Shown piece after piece: positions 30,191 to 40,670 of a DNA stretch of 64,000 nt; within the stretch, counting starts at the first letter, position 1, and every line of letters starts with the position of its first letter. The stretch lies in the IMG/VR virus record IMGVR_UViG_3300042350_003801, one strand, 5' to 3'. The notes beneath the pieces are model-generated. The model did not search any database. It was not told the origin of the DNA and worked only from the letters and a program-made list of their open reading frames with translations. Both the position numbers and the translations under genes were made by a program. Source of the DNA: a virus. Its lineage: Duplodnaviria; Caudoviricetes.

Positions 30191-30655
30191 TCAGTTAAGA
30201 ACTTCAAGACGAACATCGGCAAGACCACTGGAGGTTACTCCAAGATGACTTGCAATGCCTTGTCCAAGGTCTACAATACGGCCACCAACATAAGGTCCAC
30301 GGTCATTTACTCTTGCAACGGCACTACGACCATTGTTAAGATTAGTGATGCGAACTCTCGTGCCAAATGGCAGGCTACGGTGAGCAACAGTAAAGGTTCC
30401 CGGTCGGTAAGTTTCACCATTAGCAGTGCGATTACCATAGAATCCAGGACCATACCAACTTGCAACACCAGTGTATGCATAGGCAAGATTATGTTGAACC
30501 GAATGATTCTCCTCCATCATCCATTTATTCGTGTTAATAGAAGTTTCAGGAGAAACATCTATAGAATAAGAACTAGAAGAAATTGCTCGTGCCTGAACTG
30601 GGGCTAGCAGAACTGCACCGGCAAAAAGGATTGAGATAGTTTTGTTAATTTGCAT
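30191..30655 (-). CDS. rlpA: RlpA-like lytic transglycosylase (double-psi beta-barrel)
   Basis: signal peptide; GVASWYGPGF...TANGE...AHRSLPFGT...NDRGPY. Confidence 0.9.
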   Translation of the reverse strand: MQINKTISILFAGAVLLAPVQARAISSSSYSIDVSPETSINTNKWMMEENHSVQHNLAYAYTGVASWYGPGFYGNRTANGETYRPGTFTVAHRSLPFGTRVRITNLNNGRSAVARVNDRGPYVGGRIVDLGQGIASHLGVTSSGLADVRLEVLN

Positions 30656-31172
30656 TTAATTGAATAGAACTCGACATCCAGGCTTGAGTACCGTCGCAAC
30701 GCCCCCGTTCTAAAAGGCAGCACTCCCTGGCTCTAGTAACACTTATTTCATTATGAAAAAGTATTTAGGATGAAATTAAACATCCTAATTAAGGATAACA
30801 CAGTTTTAAGGCTTATGGGGCAGCAGTGGCCAGTTGTGGTTCCGACCACTCTTCCACGATTGCTTTTGTGTAATCAGGAAGATTTTTGTCCGTGAGATGT
30901 TTACAGCGTTCAGAAACCCACTTCTTGTTGGCTTCTTCAATTTTTTGTTCGTTGTTCATAGTTATTTAAAATCTACAATGCAATCAAGAACGACGAAAAT
31001 TTGGCAGTAACTACCAAACATAAACCGATTCCAAAAATCAAGGCACTAACTCCTGCTGCAATTTTAATAAATTCCATCATTTGTGGTTAAAGGCATCACT
31101 AACATACATCATTTATTGGCCGATGGACCGTTCAGTGGACACTTCTTAAACTGTCCATAAATAGAAAGAAAA

Positions 31173-31631
31173 ATGTGGCTGTATAATAATCAAGTTCTTG
31201 AAACTGTTCCAGAAGGAATGGAGGGGTTTGTATATCTTATTGAGAACTTAACAAACAATAAGAAATACATCGGTAAAAAGCACTTCTGGGAAAGGAGAAA
31301 GGACCGTAAGACGGGTAGAAGAAAGACAAAAGAGAGCAGTTGGCAATCTTATATGGGGAGTTGCGATGAATTGATTGCCGATTATAAAGAACTAGGAAGG
31401 GTAAACTTCAGGAAAACTATTCTTTATCTTTGCCCGCATAAGAAATCAATGTCTTATTTTGAAACATTAGAGCAGTTCAAAAGAGATGTTATTATGCGCG
31501 AAGATTATTACAATACTAATGTTGAAGGCAAGTTTTTCACTTCAGAGAAAGACAACATTTACAGTAAGGTTTTAATATCTGAAACGGTTCAAGACCAATC
31601 TTCAAACATAAATCCACTTGCAGTTGAATAG
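31173..31631 (+). CDS. GIY-YIG family endonuclease (Seg-like)
   Basis: GFVYLIENLTNNKKYIGKK; plus-strand late promoter ATAAATA just upstream. Confidence 0.8.
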   Translation: MWLYNNQVLETVPEGMEGFVYLIENLTNNKKYIGKKHFWERRKDRKTGRRKTKESSWQSYMGSCDELIADYKELGRVNFRKTILYLCPHKKSMSYFETLEQFKRDVIMREDYYNTNVEGKFFTSEKDNIYSKVLISETVQDQSSNINPLAVE

Positions 31632-32032
31632 TGAATCTTTGTTATTCCATTATGTTTAAGAAACAAAGTACATAGAGGACACGGGCGGGAGTTTCGGAGT
31701 TTATTACCACCGTGGCCTCCAACTCTTGCGATAATAATTGTATCACCTTCCTCTTTCGCTCTTATTGTGGCCAAAATTTCGGAATGCAAAAACTGCTTTT
31801 TTGAATACACGTCATTATCGTGAATGCGACTTGCAAGAATAGCATACTTCTCTTGAATAGGATGAGTCTTTCTATCATAATTACAGGCAGCGGAGATAAT
31901 TTTTCTTTTTTTAAGAAGTATACTTCCAACTCGTTTTTTAGAAGGAGATGCCATTGCAACCGAAATTGCACTATTAAGAATCTCCGGTTTCATTTGCGAC
32001 GGGACTGCAATAATATCGCTCAAAAGATACAT
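31589..32032 (-). CDS. cytidine/dCMP deaminase-like protein
   Basis: HSE...PCPLC zinc-binding motif. Confidence 0.8.
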   Translation of the reverse strand: MYLLSDIIAVPSQMKPEILNSAISVAMASPSKKRVGSILLKKRKIISAACNYDRKTHPIQEKYAILASRIHDNDVYSKKQFLHSEILATIRAKEEGDTIIIARVGGHGGNKLRNSRPCPLCTLFLKHNGITKIHYSTASGFMFEDWS

Positions 32033-32106
32033 CAGTTAGGCATTAAAAAAACACTCTAGCACAGTGTTGCGACCAGAGTGATTTAGGTGTGACAGTTTCT
32101 AAAGTG

Positions 32107-33276
32107 TCAGTCTTCTAGATAGTTGCTTGCAAACTCGGTTAAGGTTTCAGTGGACATATCCTCTAAGATAGACACTGCCTGACTTTCAGTTTCAGCATAT
32201 CCTTCATTAATAAGATCTTCAATCATATATTGCGTTAGGAGATCGTAGTCTACTGACGCATTTACATTTTGCCGTTTCCTTGCACTACGAATTGCAGGGG
32301 CAACAGCCGAACCTTTAAGAGGATTACCGGCCTTAGATGTAACTTGAACCCCCATTTTTGATCTAGTTCTTGATGGGAAGGCAGTAGGATTAACAGGAGC
32401 AGCGGGCCTATTGCTTAGACCCTGTAGACCCAATCTAGGCCGATTAGTTTCCGCAGAAGTAGCGGAACGAAGTCTTTGGGCAGCAGCGGAGGCTTTTGAA
32501 GTTGCAGGTTTTGCAAATACATCATCATTTGTGGCTCGGGCAGAAGCTCTGGCCTGCCGAGTTTGCTCCCTACCTGGAGTTCTGGGGGTTGGCTTGGTTA
32601 GAGGAGCCTTGTAGCCGCTTTTAGCGCCCTGATATGCGCCTCTAGCAGCATTGACTAGGCGTCTACCACCCCGGCCAACTCTTGCCAGAGCGGCTTGAGC
32701 TTTTCCTGCTACTTCACTACCAGTTTTCTTTAGTTGAGCCTTTCTATCTCTGATTTTCTTATTAGCGATTTCCATCGCACCTTTAACACTTCGCTTTGCA
32801 CCACTAAGAGCGCCACGAATGGCAGCGGATCTAGATGCACGCCGGGCTCTGGCGGCGGAATCTGAAGCAGAAGAAAGAGAACGTTTTGCAAGTTCAGAAG
32901 CAGATTCCAAATCTTTTGTGGCTTTTGCTCCAGATGCAGCTGCAGAAGTTTTAAAACGTGCGGCATCTTGGGCACTATAGCCACCCTTCAAGCCTCGCTG
33001 CGAAGATCTTCTTTGTGAAACTGACATTGCCTCATTAATCATCTCTAGAGATTCAGCGAGAATCTCATTATCAGAGAAAGTGGCTTCAAGAGTATCTACA
33101 GCCTCGTCTAGAGTATCACCATAATCCATAAATTCCCAAATTAGGGATTCCATTACCTCTTCAATTTCTTCTTGTTGAAGATAGTCTACGAAGCGAAGGT
33201 TATCGTAAAAACTGGCTTCAGTAAAACGGCTATTATAAAGTTCACCGTAAGCCTCAGTTAGATGGTATCTAGACAT
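32107..33276 (-). CDS. Ala/Arg/Ser-rich low-complexity late protein, possible head internal protein
   Basis: acidic termini around a basic low-complexity core; late promoter at about 33304-33309. Confidence 0.5.
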   Translation of the reverse strand: MSRYHLTEAYGELYNSRFTEASFYDNLRFVDYLQQEEIEEVMESLIWEFMDYGDTLDEAVDTLEATFSDNEILAESLEMINEAMSVSQRRSSQRGLKGGYSAQDAARFKTSAAASGAKATKDLESASELAKRSLSSASDSAARARRASRSAAIRGALSGAKRSVKGAMEIANKKIRDRKAQLKKTGSEVAGKAQAALARVGRGGRRLVNAARGAYQGAKSGYKAPLTKPTPRTPGREQTRQARASARATNDDVFAKPATSKASAAAQRLRSATSAETNRPRLGLQGLSNRPAAPVNPTAFPSRTRSKMGVQVTSKAGNPLKGSAVAPAIRSARKRQNVNASVDYDLLTQYMIEDLINEGYAETESQAVSILEDMSTETLTEFASNYLED

Positions 33277-33306
33277 ATTTTGTTTTAGGTTATATTCTCC
33301 TATTAT

Positions 33307-33474
33307 TTAGGAAACTTGTCCCAGCAACTTTTCCTCAAAGTCTTCCCAGTATTTGTCTGTTGCCTCTGTATTATCTTCGGGGCTTCCTAGATAATCAAAC
33401 CAGAACTCTCCCGATTCGTGAAAGTTCTCCCAAAAGGCGGTTTTAATTTGGTCTAAAGTAAAAGTTTCTTCCAT
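33307..33474 (-). CDS. 55-aa acidic hypothetical protein (MEETFTLDQ...), not in the ORF track
   Basis: translated by hand; fills the gap after nrdB. Confidence 0.5.
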   Translation of the reverse strand: MEETFTLDQIKTAFWENFHESGEFWFDYLGSPEDNTEATDKYWEDFEEKLLGQVS

Positions 33475-33479
33475 TGTGT

Positions 33480-34670
33480 TTAAAGTTTAAAGTTTGCAAA
33501 GGCTGTAGGACTAACATCTTGTTTAATTCCACCAACAACATAACTCGAGATATTCTCTTCTTGTGGTGGAACTTGTTCATTTCTACTATTTAACCATTTC
33601 TCGGTCCAGGGTAATGGATTATTCTTAGATGAAATATCATACAGGGGTTTAAATCCAATGGCTCGCATTCTACGATTGGCAATCCATTCAATGTAATTGC
33701 AAAGTAGTTTTTCGCTGAGTCCGATCATTGATCCATCTTTAAAAAGGTAATGAGCCCAATTTTTTTCTTCATTTACCGTATTTTCAAACATACGGTAACA
33801 AAGTGCTTCTTCTTCTCTGGCTATCTGAACCATATCTAGGTCATCGCCATTTCTCCATTTAGTGAGGATATTCTGAGTTAAGAATAGATGAAGTCTTTCA
33901 TCAAGGGCAATTTTAGAAATAATTTTTGCCGAACCTTCCATTAGTTCGCGTTCGCCAAATGCGAAACTACAGGCAAAAGAGATATAAAAACGAATGCCTT
34001 CTAAAATGTTAACATTCATCACCGCCCGGTAAAGTTTCCGCTTTAGTTCATAAAGCTCTTGCTTTCCCAATGGAACTCCTTCATTATTAAATTTCCATAG
34101 TTCAGATGAACCATACTGTTGAGCAGAATTAATAAAATCATCATAAGATGCAGTAACACTAGATGCTCGCTCTAGAATCTTCTCATCATCAATAATGTGG
34201 TCAAACACTTCTGACGGGTTGCTGGTATAGACATTCTTAATAATGTATGTATAAGAATAACTATGAACCATCTCCATAAACTGCCAGGCAATCATACAAG
34301 ATTCTAGTTCTGGCAAAGAGCAATAAGGAATGAAAGCCATTCCTGGACCTCTTCCTTGAACTGAATCCAACATAATCTGATACTTCAGATTGGAAGTAAA
34401 AATATGCTTTTGATATGGAGAAAGTTTTAAATAATCAGTGCGATCTTTTTGAAGTGGAAACTCTTCTGGTCTCCAAAATGCACCCAGTTGATCCTGCGTA
34501 AGGCGATAAAATGCAGGATATTTATGGACATCATATCTTTGAACTCCTAGGGGTTTCCCAAAGAACATTTTCTCTTTTGTTGTATCTACGTTTGTTGAAT
34601 TAAAAACGGTCATTCCCGTAACCTCAGATGCTACATCCTTCACAATAATCCTCTCCTTCACTTGTTTCAA
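33480..34670 (-). CDS. nrdB: ribonucleotide reductase class Ia beta subunit (true start may be slightly downstream)
   Basis: FWRPEE, LDSVQG, EMVHSYSY, LEGIRFY, DERLH. Confidence 0.95.
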   Translation of the reverse strand: MKQVKERIIVKDVASEVTGMTVFNSTNVDTTKEKMFFGKPLGVQRYDVHKYPAFYRLTQDQLGAFWRPEEFPLQKDRTDYLKLSPYQKHIFTSNLKYQIMLDSVQGRGPGMAFIPYCSLPELESCMIAWQFMEMVHSYSYTYIIKNVYTSNPSEVFDHIIDDEKILERASSVTASYDDFINSAQQYGSSELWKFNNEGVPLGKQELYELKRKLYRAVMNVNILEGIRFYISFACSFAFGERELMEGSAKIISKIALDERLHLFLTQNILTKWRNGDDLDMVQIAREEEALCYRMFENTVNEEKNWAHYLFKDGSMIGLSEKLLCNYIEWIANRRMRAIGFKPLYDISSKNNPLPWTEKWLNSRNEQVPPQEENISSYVVGGIKQDVSPTAFANFKL

Positions 34671-37434
34671 TAGTATTAATCAAATTTTCTAGTTCGTTTA
34701 CCTGTTCAAGTTCCACTTCAGCAGAATCAGAATCCTTCTTACTATCGTATGTATTATGATAATACAGCGTCTTGACCCCCATCTTGTATGCATAAAGAAC
34801 TTCGCCGAGAATAAGACTCATTGGGACTTCCTTATCGGGGAACATCTCTGGATTGTATGCAGTATTGGCACTGATTGACTGGTCAATAAACTTTTGAAGA
34901 ACCGCAACAATGTTAAGATAACCAATATTAGACGGGGCATCCCATAGTAGACTATAATTATTCTTTAAAGATGAATATTGTGGAACAATTTGCTTAAGTC
35001 TACGCTTAACCGATAGATGTTCTCTTGGCATTTCAATACCATTTGGGGCATTTAACATCAGGCTTGATGATTCACCGGGCATCGCACAACTGAGAGTAGA
35101 ATGTCTCAAGCCATATTGTATAATGTCTTGCCGCAGTTGTTCCCAATCGTGCTGTAGTGGAACCGAACAAATTTCATCAACATCTTTCTTGTAAGTATCA
35201 ATAGGAAGAATACCATCTGCATACTTCGTTCTACCAAAGTATTCACAATGGCCGCGTTCTTGTGCAATCTTATTAGATGCCCTTAAAAGGAAGTATTGAA
35301 TACTTTCACCCAGTCTATGGCAACTATCCCAGGCCGATTGTTCGTGATAAGATTGACCAAGTTTAGCAAGATAGTGAGCCAGACCCATAATACCAATTCC
35401 TAGAGACCTTCTCGCCCTTGTTGAAATTTCCGCAGCCTTAACAAGATAATCTTGCCATTCAATCAACTCTTCAAGAGCCCTTACAATCAATTCACAGCAC
35501 TCCTCTAGTTCCTTATCGTTTTTGATTGTTCCAACATTCAGTCCTCCGAGAATACACAAAGAAATTTCTGCCAGTTCATCTTCAAGGCTTTGAATAGGAT
35601 GAACCGGCAAAGTTACCTCGACACAGTTATGAACCAAAATTCCATTTGCAAAGAAGTTATGCGTTCCCTCTACTGTAATGTCATAGACTGGGATTTCTTC
35701 TTCTAGGTATTCAATAGTTCTATATTTATTTTTAACTTTTTTAATTCCATCATCCCATAGAACAACTAGCTGATCTGTCCCCTGAATATCTTTTGCCTCA
35801 ACATACCCACGATTTTCTGTGAAGACTTTATGCTCAGGTGTTAAAATAACCCGACCATCATTAAGAGACAATACTTTCGCGCTGGGAGATGTTTGAGCAA
35901 ATGCTGTGATTGGACTCCAAACTCTTTCACCTTTTTCAGTATCGTAAGAAAGAACTTGAATTTTAGGAACATCGCTTTCTTTGCGAAATGAAACCTCTCT
36001 TTCTCTATCGAGAAAATAATCCTCCAACTCTCGAATCTCAATTTCAGCACTGCATAGTTCCCAACAGGAACCAATGGATACTGGATACTCAATTCTAATT
36101 TTGGTGTCACCAGCAACACAGAGGTTGCTCATACTAATATGGTCTTTAAAAGAACTATGAGTATTGCAATGGTCAATATTCATAATGTAAATGCGACCAG
36201 TTTCGCTTCTTTCTTTGAGAATATTCAAAATAAGTTCCTGGGCTTTTACTTTACGCTTAGGAATAGTCGGATCATTCTCATATTGAACATAAAGGTCATC
36301 AAAACGTTCAGTTCCAAACGATTCTTCTAGATTGGGAACGTGGTGAGGAGAAAATAGAGTAATTTCTCCATCTTGAATATAACGCTCATAGAATAGTTTT
36401 GAAATCTTGATTGCATAATCAATATTTCTCACTCTGTTTTCATCATTGCCCTTATTATTCTTAAGGACAATAATATCTTCAATCTCTTGATGCCAAATGC
36501 TAACGTATGCCGTCATACTCCCTTTTCTTACGCCACCTTGATGGCAAGATTCAAGAGACGCCTGAAACTTTTTAAGATATGGAATCAAACCCGATGAAAT
36601 AACTTTACCCTTACGAATTTTACTCCTAATGCCACGAATTTTACTAACGTCAATACCAACACCGGCTCCACCTGAAACGTATTTCATCATTGCTCCATCA
36701 GATGCAATGATGCTGTCAAGTGTATCATCTACATCAATGAGACAACAAGATGCAGCCTGCTTATCTGGCGTTCTGACACTTGCCATTACGGGTGTGGGCA
36801 GATTAATCTTATGCTTACTTACAACCTCATAATAACGCTTAACATATGATAGCCTTACATCTTTTGAATAATTTGCAAAGATTGTAAGAGCAATCATAAT
36901 ATACATAAACTGAGGCGTCTCGAAGACCTGTTTAGTATCACGGTCTTGAACAAGATATTTATCTTCAGCCTGCTTAAGACCAGCATAGGTGAAAAGAAAA
37001 TCTCGGTCGTGGTCAATGAAAGAATTTACGGTATCAATTTCTTCTTTTGAATATTTGGTGTAAATATCTGCATCATAATATTCTCGGGCAATGCAAAAAT
37101 TAATATGTTCTTCAAGATGTGGCATATCAATACGGCCACCGTATAAACGCTTACGAATAGAAAAAAGAAGCAATCTAGCCGCAACATATTGATAATTTGG
37201 ATGGTCCAAACTGATTAAATCCGATGCAGACTTAACAAGAATCTGCTGAATTTCATCAGTTGTAATTCCAGCATAAAACTGAAGACCAGAGTTCATTTCA
37301 ATCTGCGAGGCAGATACATTGGCCAAACCAACGCAAGCACAATTCACCATATCGTGAATTTTTTCTAGCATCAATGGCTCAACATTGCCATTGCGCTTAA
37401 CTACAGTAATACCATTGCTCATTTTTTCTTCCAT
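34624..37434 (-). CDS. nrdA: ribonucleotide reductase class Ia alpha subunit, with intein
   Basis: N-terminal ATP cone (VVKRNG), SNLC...E, MPGESSS, C-terminal CEGC. Confidence 0.95.
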   Translation of the reverse strand: MEEKMSNGITVVKRNGNVEPLMLEKIHDMVNCACVGLANVSASQIEMNSGLQFYAGITTDEIQQILVKSASDLISLDHPNYQYVAARLLLFSIRKRLYGGRIDMPHLEEHINFCIAREYYDADIYTKYSKEEIDTVNSFIDHDRDFLFTYAGLKQAEDKYLVQDRDTKQVFETPQFMYIMIALTIFANYSKDVRLSYVKRYYEVVSKHKINLPTPVMASVRTPDKQAASCCLIDVDDTLDSIIASDGAMMKYVSGGAGVGIDVSKIRGIRSKIRKGKVISSGLIPYLKKFQASLESCHQGGVRKGSMTAYVSIWHQEIEDIIVLKNNKGNDENRVRNIDYAIKISKLFYERYIQDGEITLFSPHHVPNLEESFGTERFDDLYVQYENDPTIPKRKVKAQELILNILKERSETGRIYIMNIDHCNTHSSFKDHISMSNLCVAGDTKIRIEYPVSIGSCWELCSAEIEIRELEDYFLDREREVSFRKESDVPKIQVLSYDTEKGERVWSPITAFAQTSPSAKVLSLNDGRVILTPEHKVFTENRGYVEAKDIQGTDQLVVLWDDGIKKVKNKYRTIEYLEEEIPVYDITVEGTHNFFANGILVHNCVEVTLPVHPIQSLEDELAEISLCILGGLNVGTIKNDKELEECCELIVRALEELIEWQDYLVKAAEISTRARRSLGIGIMGLAHYLAKLGQSYHEQSAWDSCHRLGESIQYFLLRASNKIAQERGHCEYFGRTKYADGILPIDTYKKDVDEICSVPLQHDWEQLRQDIIQYGLRHSTLSCAMPGESSSLMLNAPNGIEMPREHLSVKRRLKQIVPQYSSLKNNYSLLWDAPSNIGYLNIVAVLQKFIDQSISANTAYNPEMFPDKEVPMSLILGEVLYAYKMGVKTLYYHNTYDSKKDSDSAEVELEQVNELENLINTIETSEGEDYCEGCSI
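35626..36120 (-). mobile_element. 165-aa mini-intein in NrdA
   Basis: NL|CVAGDT ... LTPEHKVFT ... FFANGILVHN|CVE; no endonuclease domain. Confidence 0.95.
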
Positions 37435-38393
37435 TCGTTAAAGTTGAGATTTGCTAAAAGACCAGTATAGATGTTTTCTTTAATTATCTGGTTTACATCC
37501 AAACCAGAAAGAACCATTAGATTAACGTCCTTTTGTTTTACGTTTTTGGGCCAGATTACTAATGGTAGATTTTGGGCAATGGTTCTTTCCATTCTATCAA
37601 CAATCTCTTTATTTCTGGGTTCGTTATCGTAAATGTAAATTGGTTGTTTGATATTTAGTTTTGCTAGGTCTACATCCGCTCCACACATCGCAATGGAGTT
37701 ACTGATAAAATAGGAATCAAATGGACCCTCAAGAATGTAAACCGGTTCATTATTATCTATGCTATCATAATTGTATACCTTTGGGGCATTTTCATCTAGC
37801 ATAATCGTGATATATTTAATTGTAGATTTACCCAAAGTTCTTCCCTGAATACCAATTAGCTCTTTATGGTAGTAAAGAGGAATGATTAGTCTTTCTTCTT
37901 CGTAAAACAATGCCCGTTTATTAAACGTTGGCTTTAAAGTGTTGACCCACTTTTTAAACTCTTTGGCATAATAAAACTTTGTTGCATCTATATTTCTAGA
38001 TTCAAGATAAGACCTCGTTATTTCTTCTTCGGATGCTTTTGGTAGGTTTATTCTTGCTCTAAAAATTGGCTTGGGATTTTCAAACTTGGGTGCAGTTGTT
38101 ACGAAGTTCTTACCGGTTAGTCCTTTCTTATATTTTGCTAAAGAATAGTCTTCATGTAGAGTGGGGTCTACTTGTTTTAGATAATTATTAAAAGAAACAT
38201 TTATGCCACAGTTATGGCACTTATAGTTTGTGTTATTTCCCTTTTCATAAAAGTAACCACGAGCTTTTGTTTTATTTTTCTGGGAATCTCCGCAGATATT
38301 ACATCTACAATTATAGAGGCCGGGTTTTATCTTTTTAAATTTTTCTAAGCGTGTTGATAAGAGATTAATATAATAGTCGTCTATGGCATCCAT
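37419..38393 (-). CDS. gp61: DNA primase (T4 gp61-like)
   Basis: CRCNICGDS...CHNCG zinc finger; EGPFD and YDNEP TOPRIM motifs. Confidence 0.95.
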   Translation of the reverse strand: MDAIDDYYINLLSTRLEKFKKIKPGLYNCRCNICGDSQKNKTKARGYFYEKGNNTNYKCHNCGINVSFNNYLKQVDPTLHEDYSLAKYKKGLTGKNFVTTAPKFENPKPIFRARINLPKASEEEITRSYLESRNIDATKFYYAKEFKKWVNTLKPTFNKRALFYEEERLIIPLYYHKELIGIQGRTLGKSTIKYITIMLDENAPKVYNYDSIDNNEPVYILEGPFDSYFISNSIAMCGADVDLAKLNIKQPIYIYDNEPRNKEIVDRMERTIAQNLPLVIWPKNVKQKDVNLMVLSGLDVNQIIKENIYTGLLANLNFNEWKKK

Positions 38394-38804
38394 TCATCCC
38401 CTGTCAAGGACCCTTATCATAGCACGTTCCGCTGGTTTTGTCAAGTCCCCCTTAAAAAGGCCGATGATTGGAGGAAGGGCAATGAATAAAAAATTCAGGG
38501 CTAAAACGATACCAATGCCAATATTAACCTTATCCTGCAACCCTTTAATTACACCCAAAACCTCTTCTTTATCAGTATTCATTTTTGTAGTGAGCCCTCG
38601 TATCCCCTCTTCTACCTTTCGGTTAATATCATCTCCCCTTTGTTGCTGCTGTTCAATTTTTACTTGGTGGACAGCAAAAAGTTCACTGATTCTTACGTTT
38701 ACCTTGCTAATTTCCGAGATTGCTTCTCTTAGCGTTGCCATCTCCTTTTCACTATTTTCCTGACTCCTTTCAAGTAGAGCCAAACGAACAGATTCTTCTT
38801 GCAT
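38394..38804 (-). CDS. coiled-coil protein with a C-terminal TM helix
   Basis: heptad pattern followed by a hydrophobic segment. Confidence 0.6.
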   Translation of the reverse strand: MQEESVRLALLERSQENSEKEMATLREAISEISKVNVRISELFAVHQVKIEQQQQRGDDINRKVEEGIRGLTTKMNTDKEEVLGVIKGLQDKVNIGIGIVLALNFLFIALPPIIGLFKGDLTKPAERAMIRVLDRG

Positions 38805-38865
38805 TGTGTGCTCCGTGGAGATGTTTATCTCACAAAAATATCCATAAAGTTATAACTATTTAGGG

Positions 38866-39460
38866 TCATAGTAACCCAGATGTGCGGAGCCATGCATCAT
38901 AATGCCTCTTATAATTTTTACTTCTTCTATCAACTAAACCAGATTTTCTTTTCATTAAACCCATTACTGGGTCATATCCGGCTCTTGGGTCTTTTGAGTC
39001 TGCCCCAAATCCACCACCTTCTCCAGCAGAGTTAGCGGTCATTAAATCTTCTCGTATAATTACTATTACTCTATCTAGCGGTGTCATCTTCAATTCCAAG
39101 AAGTTCTCGTTTACAGTATTGGTCTTCTTCTAATTGGTGAATGTAACCTTTTGGATACTCTGGAAGACGGTTTAAAAATACAATAAATGTCTTAATCGTA
39201 TTCCACATTTCAAAGTCGTTTTTAAATAATAACATTGGAGTCGTTGCCTCCCCAAAAATATTATAAAGTATCACAAAATGATTGAGTAGAAGATGAACTT
39301 TTAAATCCCCAGTTTTTTTATATTTTTTAAGAAGACGTTTAACATACTTAAAGTGATTTAAGTCTTTATCAAAGTCTTCTTTTGTTATTGCCTGGGGATT
39401 TTCATAATTTTTTATGGCAAAAAGAAGAAAATTTTCTTCATTCAATTCATTAAATTGCAT
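38866..39460 (-). CDS. two conserved T4-like hypothetical proteins (38866-39099, 39071-39460)
   Basis: ORF track; position upstream of the primase. Confidence 0.6.
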
Positions 39461-39467
39461 TTAGAGG

Positions 39468-40238
39468 TCAGGCAAAGATTGTAAGAGTTGTGGTGCCAAT
39501 ACCTACTCCAGAACCAAAAGCCCCCGCACCGCCAACATTGCGAATCATATCGGCAGTAAATGTGGAAGTTACTCCAACACCACCCGAGAAGTCTGTAATA
39601 ACTCCAATAAAACCTCTACTGGTGTCAATCCTAAGAACTGAACCAATACCAGTTGCAGGAGCAGTGAATGCAAAGGCAACACGATTGGTAATTTGGCCAT
39701 TATAACTCGTGAATGTTCTAAATGATTGACCATTAACAAAATTGGTTACGGTTGAACCGCTTGCAAATGAACGAGCAGTTGCAACAATTGGGGTGCCAGT
39801 TAGAGTGCCAGTAGCAGTAAATTGATTAATAAGCACCGTTGCACCAGCAGAAACGTTTACAATTTCGTTAAAAACTAGATGCACAGAACCATTTCTACCG
39901 GTTCCAATACCAGAGGTGCCGCCAGCACCAATGGAAATAGGCGAGGATAGGTTTGGGTCTTCAAAAAATACCGCTACAGGAGTTGCGAGACCAAGACCAG
40001 TAGTATTTGAACCAACACCAACGGTATTAAGACCTGCAACCGGCACTAGAATTTCATCATAATAAGAAGTGGAAAGGCCAGAATGATCGTTACTTCCATA
40101 GATACGATAAATCCAACCTCTTTCATCCGCAAAGCAGTTATGTGGTGTTTTGTTTTTGTCCACATCGCGCAGAAACTTAGGAATACCATACCGGTTGGCA
40201 GCGGTTTCAGTAGTTGTTGAAATTCCCCAGAGAGCCAT
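39468..40238 (-). CDS. Gly/Thr-rich putative virion structural protein
   Basis: beta-rich composition; late promoter at about 40272-40277. Confidence 0.55.
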   Translation of the reverse strand: MALWGISTTTETAANRYGIPKFLRDVDKNKTPHNCFADERGWIYRIYGSNDHSGLSTSYYDEILVPVAGLNTVGVGSNTTGLGLATPVAVFFEDPNLSSPISIGAGGTSGIGTGRNGSVHLVFNEIVNVSAGATVLINQFTATGTLTGTPIVATARSFASGSTVTNFVNGQSFRTFTSYNGQITNRVAFAFTAPATGIGSVLRIDTSRGFIGVITDFSGGVGVTSTFTADMIRNVGGAGAFGSGVGIGTTTLTIFA

Positions 40239-40293
40239 TAATATTACCTTAAATAGTATTTGCTAAGAATTATTTATGCGAATTTTTTATTAC

Positions 40294-40322
40294 AAAAAAG
40301 CGGAGAATTAATCTCCGCTTTT
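40294..40322. terminator. bidirectional rho-independent terminator
   Basis: AAAAAAGCGGAGA-ATTAA-TCTCCGCTTTT. Confidence 0.8.
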
Positions 40323-40480
40323 GTTATTTTTAGTTGCTGCTATTAAAAAATTTCTGACAAATTGATAGACATTGTTTGCCTTAATTTTCTTGTTCTGGCC
40401 AAGAAATTCAGAGAAGGCAAAAAGCAACCCAAGAAGAAGCGTAATGCCAGAATTAAGAGCAATACAAGCGGCTAATGACA

Positions 40481-40639
40481 TCAGACTTTGAGTTCAGAAC
40501 GAACGAATTGAACTAGAGCATTATCAATCTTGTTATCAGTAGAAGCAGCATAACGCTCAAGAAGAGCAACTACTAGGGCACGGGCTTCCCTGGAATCCCA
40601 GAACCACTTAACAACAACGCCAGCGAATTTGGTGAGCAT
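40481..40639 (-). CDS. 52-aa hypothetical protein (MLTKFAGVVV...), not in the ORF track
   Basis: translated by hand; GGAG and a late promoter upstream. Confidence 0.55.
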   Translation of the reverse strand: MLTKFAGVVVKWFWDSREARALVVALLERYAASTDNKIDNALVQFVRSELKV

Positions 40640-40670
40640 AATTATATCTCCTTAGTTAGGGTATAATTAT

